Positions 54,861 to 64,000 of a DNA stretch of 64,000 nt are shown piece after piece (the stretch's first letter is position 1; each line of letters opens with the position of its first letter). The DNA comes from Lingula anatina. Its lineage: Eukaryota > Animalia > Brachiopoda. The notes under the pieces were generated by a model, which was given only the letters and a program-made list of their open reading frames with translations, was not told where the DNA came from and searched no databases. Location of the stretch: positions 14,880,001 through 14,944,000 of the forward strand of contig CM120641.1 in NCBI GenBank assembly GCA_051362555.1, given 5' to 3'. Position numbers and translations under genes: made by a program.

Positions 54861-56476
54861 TGGAGCATAGAATATACCAGAAGGCAGCTATACATATCCC
54901 AAGCCTCACGCTGAAACGCTGACAAGTTGTACAACACTTTTGACTGTGCGTGTACGCCAATTTACCCAGAATAGATTGACAACTGACCTTTGGCTGATGT
55001 GAAGAACCGCACCACATTAAATTTTGCCTAATGCAACGTGGTCCTAGAAAACCAACTCCACAATTACGTTCGATGTTACTTTCTGTTTTTATGGACTTTT
55101 TAGCTTGAAAGTAAAACTAGAAAAAGGGACTGAACATATTGATTTCGAACTTGCAAATATAGTGAAACATCATTCATAGTAAGCAAATAAATGTGATTTA
55201 ATTAATAAAGCTTTTCAATCAGTTTTGTCAGCTGTGAAGGCTTAAAACTGTGGCCTTTTGCGCCATACATTATTTTACAAATGTTGTTATAAAATAGGCC
55301 TTAACGGTTTTTTCCGAGATGTTGGTCAAATTTAATATCAAGCTTGCCTGAAAATCGTTATTCAAATACATCTATTTTATCGCTGCTGGAAACCCATAAC
55401 ACTCTAATAATCGGGTACAATATGCAATGCGATGCATGCACCGTTGTATGAACTTGTATCTCTTCCGCAACACAATGTTTTATGTAAGAATACGTAATTG
55501 AGAAAGTGAATGGGGGATATTTAAATTTTGATAACGTGCACCTTGCTCCAAGAGTGCATTAACTGAATCACCCGTCTGATAAACTGACGAAGCAGTTATT
55601 TGAATGATGACTCAGTTCTACAATACCCTCTACCAGGGACGCATATTATATATGTGGACTGTTTCTCTGACGGGTAAAGAATTACCGTCAATTTAAGCAG
55701 AGACATGTACTGGGCAATCTGTGGATATCTAGTGAAAAATCAATCTTTGGCCCCGGTAGAGGGTTCTACCACTACAAGTGTATGCGTAATTGTTAGAGGA
55801 CAACCGCTGGAGCGTAATGCGTTAGGGGAGGGTGTTGATTTGTGCGTTGATTTTAGAGCCTGAGCGCCAGTGAAAGATAAATGCATTCGCTGAATCTTTA
55901 TTAATCTACCGCCACTAACTCATTATGTCAAGGACATAGTTACACGTACCATACAAAGCTACCCGTTGTCTCAAACGCTGTGGGCATTTACTATGATCGT
56001 GTTTTAAAGCTAACAGGAGCGACATGTCGCCGACTTAATGCTCCACACTGCAGACGACTATCTGGGAACATGTATGGAGCTGCTGAAATCATACTGCCTG
56101 ATCATATATCAGAGGGTTCTAAAAAAAGCAAGAACAAACCGTTCCCGGAACCTGGACTGGAGGTAGACATGTACATTACTGAACATTCAGCGCTCAGTTA
56201 TTTAGAGGTCGCTGATTTTAATAACAAAAAAAAATGCGTTATCCAGTCGACCACATTATCGTTTATAACATAATGACTGCGTTCCTATAAAACCATCGTA
56301 CAAACTGGACCGATCAAAATCTGCGGGGCTGCTTACTTCAGTGATTTCAGTGTAAACAGTTAAAAACATTTAAACTTGTAAAATGAATAATGTAGGAATA
56401 CAAATCGCGCTAGAAGATACGTAATGCACAAGCGGACACAAAATTTGGCTAGGGGGAGGGAGGTGGGAAGTGTACA

Positions 56477-57547
56477 TCATCATCATTTAGAGCCTATAGT
56501 GTTCCACTGTTGGACAAAGGCCTCAGCATGCTTTTTCCATTGTTTCCTATCCTGAGCCTCAGATTTCCAGTTTGGCCAAGGTTTCTTCTTCCAAGACTTC
56601 CAGTAGTCATCCCTCCATCGTTTGACCGGCCTTCCTCTTTTTCTTTGTCCATACCTTGGGGTCCATTCTGTAAGCCTGATTGTCCACCTATTGTCCTTCA
56701 TTCTTTTGACATGTCCTGCCCACCTCCATTTCATTTCTTTAACTGTGAGCAGTACGTCCTTAACTTTGGTATGTTCACGTAACCATACATTCGTTTTCCG
56801 CTCTCTTGGATTGATGTTCAACATAATTCTTTCCATCTTTCTCTGAGCTACTTGTAGCTTGTGTTCCATGGAGGCATTCAGTGCCCAGGTCTCTGAACCA
56901 TAGGTGATTGCCGGCAGCACACAGGCATTGAACACTTTCTTTTTCAGGCAGGTAGGAAGGTTGCTCTTGAAGATGTCATTGTGTTTCCCATATGCTGCCC
57001 ATCCTGCTTTTATCCTTCGTTGGATTTCTTTCTCCAGTGTTCGATCACTAAGGCTGAACCGTTGCCCAAGGTATATATACTCTTCCACTGCTTCTATCTC
57101 TTTGGTGTTGACTTTCACTGTGCAAGGGGTGGTTAGTGGTCCAAACATCACCTTTGTCTTGCTGGTGTTCATCTTTAGCCCACTTTTTGCGCTTTCATCT
57201 GCTAACGCCTGTAGCATTTCTTCGAGGTCTTTTGCATCATCTGCTACTATTATGATGTCATCTGCAAACCTAAGGTGATAGAGCCTGGTACCGTCTATGT
57301 TTATGCCCTTGTCCTGCCAGTCTAGATCCCTGAATATACGTTCCAATGCTGCTGTGAACAGTTTAGGAGAGATTGTATCTCCTTGGCGTACACCTTTCTT
57401 GATCCTGATCTTATTGGTGGTCTTGTGTAGTTTGACTGTTACAGAGCTATCGGTGTATATGTCTCTGAGGACGTCTACGTATCCATCTTCGATCCCTAGA
57501 TCTTGCAGGGATGCCAGTATATACTGGGTTTCTACTGAGTCGAAGGC
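56477..57547 (-). mobile_element. 5'-truncated RTE-clade (BovB-like) LINE
   Basis: Uninterrupted frame 57547-56483 with AFDSV, GVRQGDTISPKLF, LRFADD, YIYLGQ, ITYGSETW and KWRWAGHV; (ATG)n tail right after the stop; 13-bp TSD TGGGAAGTGTACA at 56464-56476 and 57548-57560. Confidence 0.96.
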
Positions 57548-57867
57548 TGGGAAGTGTACAAGGAAAAGAAAATGTTTTGCCTCGCTCCCCTCGGTAATTG
57601 TAAAAACGTCGCACGATCACAATTTACCATGCAGGGCAAAGGGATGAAATAATTTTTTAGATTTGTCTAGTTACTTATATATTTTCTTAGAGGTCGGGGA
57701 CAGGTTAAGAGGGAAAATGGGATATCTCCAATGCAAAGGAAGGAGACACTTGCCTGCTCTGCTCCCCTGTTTCCCCACCCCCTACGGCAATGTGTTGTAC
57801 TGCATTCAAGCGTACTCTCCTAATTAATGTGTTTAATTGAGCGGTCCCCACCAAAATATATCTCTAA

Positions 57868-58082
57868 GGCTGTATTCCCATAGATTTTAGATCGATCTAT
57901 CACCGCGGGGAGTCTCACTAGATTACTTTCAGATAATCCGACTTAAAAGTCCGTCCCGCCTACTACAAGCTGTAAGGGGGTAATTAACTTTCGTGTCCGC
58001 CCGGCTGACAGCTATTTAGCGTGAACCCCCAGGGAGTTAGGTCGATCTAAAGTAGGTCGATATAATCTATGGAAATGGGGTG
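57868..58082. mobile_element. PIF/Harbinger-type MITE, family A, copy 3
   Basis: TAA|GGCTGTATTCCCATAGATT ... AATCTATGGAAATGGGGTG|TAA with the same internal blocks as 29208 and 34332. Confidence 0.85.
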
Positions 58083-58398
58083 TAACATTTCAAGTTGGGT
58101 GCATTTTTAAATTAGTGGCGTAAAAGACACAAAAGCAACCTGCCCCGGAGGAGATAGCTTTAACGTGAGTGCGCACACATACAAACTTACATGTACAAAC
58201 TGTATATGTCCTCAACATTGCCTCGTGTGAGTTCGTTTGTGCGTGTGTGCTGCTGCTACATTCCGAGGGCAATTTGAAGACAATTTAAAAAAGACCCAAA
58301 CATAGGGAAGCCTGATTTAGGGTCAGTTTCAGACGTTATGTTTGGGTGATATTTTGGCCCTTAACTGATGCTGTCACATATTATTCTTGTACTAGTTT

Positions 58399-58400
<2 letters not shown>

Positions 58401-58440
<40 letters not shown>

Positions 58441-58441
58441 G
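58401..58441. repeat. Poly(A) followed by poly(G) run
   Basis: Directly visible. Confidence 0.9.
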
Positions 58442-58662
58442 ATAAGGGAAATGACTGGAAAACTCAACTATAGTTGTTATTCGATACTTAACGTTTGACG
58501 CTTGGAATAATATGTTATTATCAATCTGCCTTCAACAATATTTTAAAAGTTATAACAATTACTTTATCGTTACTAGTATCATCACTGTTGTTATTATCGT
58601 AATATTTAATGTCATATAATATAATCTGCCTTCAACAATACTTTATTTTTCAATGCTTTTAG

Positions 58663-58882
58663 GTGCCTTCACAAGTCAGGAGGGTGCCTGATGTATTCAC
58701 CAGAGGCCAGTGCCAGTATCATTCTGGCCTGTTGCAAGCTCCACAATTTTTGCATCAGGGAAGGGATGCCTGATGTTGAGGTGGAGTCTTGTGTTCACGA
58801 GTGTCAGGAGGTGCATCTGGGAGAGTACCCAGCCGATGGCGTCCAGTGTCGTGAGCGCCTCATTGCTGGGCGCTTTGTTTAG
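58663..58882 (+). pseudogene. Last exon of a PIF/Harbinger DDE nuclease (HARBI1-like); upstream exons not found
   Basis: After acceptor CTTTTAG the frame reads (R)CLHKSGGCLMYSPEASASIILACCKLHNFCI...GVQCRERLIAGRF, matching the Harbinger C-terminal signature RCL..SGG.L.YSP....II.ACC.LHN. Confidence 0.88.
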
Positions 58883-59711
58883 AGGCAGTCCTCCTCTAAG
58901 CCGTTTTCCAATTACGGTGGGAGTTAGAAAAAAATGTCCTTTTCAGGACTACCCACCAACAAACTTTCTCAGAAAAGCTATGCCAAATTTGTTGAAAACT
59001 AACGGTTTCTTACAATTAAACGTGTTGGTGATGAAAGCAAATAAGTATTTGACATCTGTTCCTTAAAGGGAAAACACTTTAAGCACAAATTTTAACTTAT
59101 AAAAGTACAGAAACCTCTTCTCTAATCGCATGTCATTGGTCACAAATTAAAAAATTATCACCTCCATATGGCCCCACCTATATATGCCATCTTGTATCAG
59201 CTTACAACCCTTCCCCCTCAAATTTTATAAGCTACTGCACCTACATGTAGGGAATGGTATTTACTGCCACTTTTACTACATAAAATATTCTCTAGAGAAC
59301 TCAAGATTTATCTATTAATAAGAAATTTTGTAAATAGAATTTTTATAAATGACTTTTAAAATTGAGTGAAGGAGTGACATTTCTAATTTTTACATTACTT
59401 GATTTAATAAGTTTATTTTATTTTCTTTTAGTAGCCTCATTTCTTTCTTGTTGTATTATAAAGTCTACTGAACAAATTTGGATTTAAGATTCAAATTGTT
59501 TATCATTATTATGATCTCTAAAAATCTATTTCTCTTTTACCTACTTATGTTATAAACGCCAATATTTCATATTTCCAAGTTTTTTTTAATCAGTAAAATG
59601 GTCACTGGGATATTTTGTTTAATTTCAAAATCCTTCATTTTGCAAGTTATTGCATAAAACAACTAGGAGCCATGCTCATGTAAATAAAACTTTATTAGCA
59701 TTTATTAGCAT

Positions 59712-61422
59712 TTAATCTAACATAGACTGCAAATTCATTTGGACAACTTTTGCCTCCCATTTTCTTTTCTTAAATTCAAACATTTCCTTCTTCAACTTCA
59801 ATTTTTCTTCCTCTATCTTGACCAACCTCTTTAAATACGAAAGTTTCTCAGATTCTACATCTACGACTTTGTCCAGTCTGGAGTCCTCTGAAAAATTTAA
59901 TACACATCATAATTTTTTTAAAAAAATCAGCTGTTATACCATTTGCTTATAGAACACATTTCAGTTTATGTGTACATCAATTTATGTGCTTCTCTGGTTG
60001 TTATTGAAGTTATGTTTAAAAATTCTTACTTGTTTTCCTTGATGCTTTTCTTGGTTGTACTGAATCTGGGATTTCTGAAAAAAATTAACAAAAACAAAAC
60101 ATTTATTTTGCTAACAAAAAATAACTAATGTTAAAATATTAGTAATAAGATTGTTCTATGCATATAAGAAATAAAGTCTTAAGATTACTGGTATTAATAG
60201 AGTACCTTCTGGCTCTTCTCTTGGATGACTGGCTTCATGTGTCCCTGGCACTACCATATCATACTTCCCTGAGTTGATGTCTGAAAAATGTAGTTTATCT
60301 CCAGATTTGACTTTTATTCAACTTCAGCATCTCACTTTGCATTTTAGAAAAACTGCCATCATGCAAAGTGATGGTATTAGTGTTAAAAGGTGCTTACGTA
60401 TGTCTATAAAGGAGGAAAGCGTGGCAAAATATTATTTTCAAAGATTACAGAATGTATAATAATAAAGCTTACTTTCATTCAAAAATTCCATGCACCAATG
60501 TCGGTTTAGGGCATCATCCTCATCATCATTATTACAGATTGTTTGAGCTGTAAACATAAGATTGATAATTTTTTTCACATGTTTATAAAATATTATATGT
60601 GAATATTTCATAATAATGGTTGAATGCAATGTAATACTATAATAATAGAAATAAAAGATGAATTATAACTTTGGTATACTTGCCATTTTGACTTTGTTGC
60701 TGGAAAGTATCATTTCCACCCTGAAAACCAGCAATGGCTGTTTCCCCAACAATTGACACAACCTAAAACTAAAATACCAATACAAGTCATAAGTCATTTG
60801 ATATGTAATAAATGAACACAGTTTATATATGTATGCATGTAAAAAAAATTATAAATAAATAAATATATAATGCTAACATTATTTTACCTTTTCTTGGAGT
60901 CAATATGATTTGAGACCCCCCACCACCAGTCTTGCGAATTTCCCTCCTCCTCTCTGCCTCCTACTTTTTCGTGCAACTCGAGAAATCAGACCATTTTTTT
61001 TTTTGTATATCTTTGACATCTTTTCTGCCCTACACTGTTGACTCTGAAAATCAATAAGATGTTACAAAATTTTTCTGCTATAACAAAACAAAGATTTAAT
61101 GTTTCCAATTCTCTTCAATATGCTGCTGGTATGCATAATGATGTAATTCCCCGTGTGTATAAAAAATAATTAATCGAAGCATAGAATTTTAAAAAAATTA
61201 TATATCAATATTCAAGTCACCTATTTTAGTGCTTTTGATTTTAAAAAAATGGGCACAAACCTTCTAGTGATTTCTTGCCAAGCCTTCATCTTAGCCTCAT
61301 TGGTTATTGTTGTTGAAAATTTATTGAATAATATACTTTTTCTCCTTTCAACTCCATATAGGCTCTACCAAAACTTCAACTTCTTCTCTTGTAAATTTAA
61401 CTCTCTTTCTAGACGGCTCCAT
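59712..61422 (-). pseudogene. Harbinger Myb/SANT-like DNA-binding protein gene, disabled; exons about 61261-61422, 60888-61043, 60684-60762, 60206-60280, 60030-60074, 59712-59887
   Basis: Spliced reading gives MEPSRKRVKFTREEVEVLV/GVERRKSILFNKFSTTITNEAKMKAWQEITRRVNSVG/DVKDIQKKKWSDF...EIRKTGGG...VVSIVGETAIAGFQGGNDT and a C-terminal coiled coil (IEEEKLKLKKEMFEFKKRKW). Frameshifts in exons 1 and 2 and an in-frame TAG; convergent with the nuclease. Confidence 0.85.
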
Positions 61423-61440
61423 CTTCACTTCTGGCGCCGG

Positions 61441-63436
61441 TGTCATGTACCAGAAGGTCCCCCATGACAGAAAGTCCGGGACCCGTTATTTCAGAAACCA
61501 GGGGTCCTACGGACCCCTGGTTTCTGAAATAACGAGTCCCGGACTCTGTATCATGATAATTGAATATAATATACATTGTCCCCCGGACCCTGCATTTAAC
61601 CGGACCCTACGTTTCATGACAGCTATCACGAAACACAGAGTCCGCCCGTCATACAGAAGAACTTGGTCTAAAAGCTAGGGTCCTACTGTAGAATAGTAGA
61701 TATTTAGTAAAAGCGTTTTATATTGACAATCTGGGTATAATAGAATTATAAAAAAGCAAACCCTTGATGCAAGTAAATGTAATATAACAAAACGGCGGTT
61801 GTTTGCACAACGACCTGTTGGTGTAGAGGACAGCGACACGGGTGATAAGCCTACTATGGTATCCAATGACAGGGAAGTATGCAGAAATTAAACAATGTGT
61901 TGGTTCGAGTCCCACACTAGAGTTGACATTTTAACGCCTCTATTTTCACTGTTGTTTTTTTAAATCTATAGTTAAATATTTAACTTACTGTCCATTTATA
62001 GTGTGTCATTCCGCAATAATATGTGTTATACTCACTTTTGATTACATTCCATACCTTTTTTAATTGGACTTACTTAAAATATTTCACACATATCCCATTG
62101 CATTGTGATGCTTTGGACTATATACACGTGTTACTTATTTGATTACCACTCGCACATGTGTGCAAGCTAGTGATACACAATGAATCGATGCTAAACTGTG
62201 CAAAACGTTCCTTTTATTTAGACTATACGCGTGACTTAGGCTACAATGACATAAATGTGTGACATAAATGTGTGACAGCTAGCGTTATACAGTGCATCAA
62301 TGCCAAATTGTGCAAAATATGTATTTTCTGGAAACTGACGAAATTAATTAGTTATTAAATATACATGCTTATGGAGTGTAATTGACAAATGTACTCATTT
62401 AATTTCGTTTACCAATTTATATAAAGTTTTAATTTAAGTTGCAAACCCTAAATTAAAATGGAATCAACCCAAAAGGAATGTATTTCATGTTTCTCAGGGT
62501 ATAAAATGGCTAGCTCTTCGCGATGTCTTACTCTGTCAGCATGGATTTTCAAGCAGTGCGACTTTATTTACAACATGGCAGGTACAGAAGACGAACAACC
62601 AACCATCAGAAAAGAGCAATAAGGAGAAGCGCTGCAAACCATTATAAATTAATTATAAGTTTTATACATTTATACTCGTTTAACTTCAAGACTGTTTAAT
62701 AAAAGCGCAACTTACATGTACATTTAAGGTACATATTTATATTTCTGTTTAGCTTGAAAGCGGCTGCTTATATTACAGAGCTGTAAGAAAGATAGTGGAA
62801 GTAGAGAGTGGGATGGAGGAGAGGGAGAAGGGGAGATGGAGGAAAGTAGTAGAAAGCGAAGATAAGAAAACTGGCTTGTTACAAGAAATGCACGACAAAG
62901 AGAAAATGACATTGAGGAGAAAAAACAATTACTATACTGATTAATAAAATTAACTTTTTTGTAAAATCAGGAAGTTCACCAAAGGCACTTATGTATTCTG
63001 AATAAATTTATATTTCTTAAGTGATGTTCTTTCTCAATTGCATACAAAAGATAATCCTGCAAATTAAAGTTTATGAAATGCGAACAATGCACATTTATAC
63101 TACGTGTAACACTTTAACAGAGGTTAATAATGTTTATTTTACCTGTAATCCTTATAATTCTTCCCTCCGTATCAGTTAACATCATCTCCAATGTCATTTT
63201 TAAATTGCATGTTTTAAGTGTGAGATTTCATTATTGCTCTTCAATGCGGACTTTCAGTATTAAAACGTAGGGTCCTAGGACTTTCCGTACTGAAATAGAG
63301 TGTCTAGGGGGACTCTACATTTCAGAACATAGAGTCCGGGACCCGTTATTTCGAGACAGGGAGTCCGCCGGACTCTCAGTTTTAAAACACCGGGTCCGCC
63401 GGACCCTAGAATGGCAGGACTCTGTGTTGCTTGACA
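61441..63436. mobile_element. Non-autonomous Ginger1-type DNA transposon (1996 bp)
   Basis: Termini TGTCA...TGACA, CCGG on both sides (61437-61440, 63437-63440), imperfect TIRs of roughly 120 bp or more built from GTCC/GGAC palindromic units; AT-rich interior without an integrase ORF. Confidence 0.8.
61812..61915 (+). other. tRNA-like Pol III A/B-box sequence (SINE head or tRNA relic) inside the Ginger-type element
   Basis: TGGTGTAGAGG (A-box-like) and GGTTCGAGTCCC (B-box); spacing is long and the acceptor stem does not pair. Confidence 0.4.
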
Positions 63437-63458
63437 CCGGGAAAAACTGCGTCAAGGC

Positions 63459-63488
63459 TTTTATACTTTCACCTCGGTATCTGATTGG
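63459..63488 (-). promoter_or_regulatory. Displaced core promoter of the Harbinger Myb gene (TATA and CCAAT boxes)
   Basis: On the - strand, CCAAT (63484-63488) then TATAAAA (63459-63465); with the Ginger insert removed they lie about 40-70 nt upstream of the ATG at 61422. Confidence 0.55.
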
Positions 63489-63774
63489 GTTAGATTTACC
63501 TTCATTTTTTGACACACAGAGACGGTGTGTTTTTTGGAAGAAAAGACGAACAAACAAAATGACAACAACGAAAGTACATTTATTTTAATAGTTGAAGTGC
63601 ATTCTGAAATATCTGTATGATTTCTTTTTAATGTCACCGTTTCAATGTCGGGAAAATTGGGGGGATTCCGCCCATGGGCGAAGCACTTTTCGCGGGTAAT
63701 TCCCGTGGAGAAACTCGCGCCGGGAATTACTAGTTTGACCTAGGCCTACTTAAAAAAGCCGGTGTGGCAGGAGT

Positions 63775-63992
63775 GCACGTCCTAGTAACGCAAGTCCGCC
63801 CGGACACTAAGTCCTGGGAATGCAAGTCCTAGGGCATGCATTGCTAGGAATGGAAGTCCTAGGACATACCGTGTACGTTACTAGGATTCAATGTCCGTAG
63901 GACGAAGGCTCCCAAGTAATGCAAGTCCTACGTGTAGTAATGCACGTCCTAATGGGACGTGCGTTCCTAACATTTTAGTAACGCATGTCCTA
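63775..63992. repeat. Array of short direct and inverted motifs (TAGTAATGCAMGTCCTA-like), probable transposon subterminal region
   Basis: GCACGTCCTA, GCAAGTCCTA, GCATGTCCTA and TAGTAAYGCA recur in both orientations up to the window edge. Confidence 0.7.
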
Positions 63993-64000
63993 TATTGTTT

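Noticed and set aside
55690-56273. Possible extra exons of the secreted-protein gene, including ORF 55980-56273
   Set aside because: They lie beyond the stop and both AATAAA signals, and no phase-consistent, well-supported splice path was found.
56510-57647. Plus-strand ORFs over the RTE element, and likewise 16637-17418 over the L2 element
   Set aside because: Antisense shadows of reverse transcriptase frames.
61812-61920. Functional tRNA gene
   Set aside because: A/B boxes are present but the acceptor stem and anticodon arm cannot be folded convincingly.
62490-62700. TATA-like sequence and ATGs inside the Ginger-type element as a cargo gene
   Set aside because: Only very short frames with no recognisable product.
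61464-63992. CRISPR-like appearance of the spaced palindromic repeats
   Set aside because: Eukaryotic context, irregular spacing, degenerate units and no cas genes; explained as transposon terminal structure.

Overview
AT-rich, intron-containing animal genomic DNA, most likely a lophotrochozoan such as a mollusc (inferred from the receptor type and repeat content). There are two well-supported + strand host genes. The first is a vasopressin/oxytocin-type (conopressin-receptor-like) GPCR with two coding exons (46336-48040) and a divergent ligand pocket. The second is a five-exon gene for a 134-aa secreted protein (52277-54860) that I do not recognise and that the ORF track misses. The rest is intergenic or intronic DNA with many mobile elements. 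These include a 5'-truncated L2/CR1-group LINE, a young 5'-truncated RTE LINE with a 13-bp TSD, and several PIF/Harbinger-, Kolobok- and hAT-like MITEs. At the right end lies a decayed Harbinger transposon (nuclease last exon plus a convergent, intron-rich Myb/SANT gene). A 2-kb non-autonomous Ginger1-type element (TGTCA...TGACA, CCGG TSD) sits between that Myb gene's TATA box and its ATG. Weak evidence suggests a further spliced transcript on the - strand in the first 13 kb. Most short ORFs in the track look spurious.
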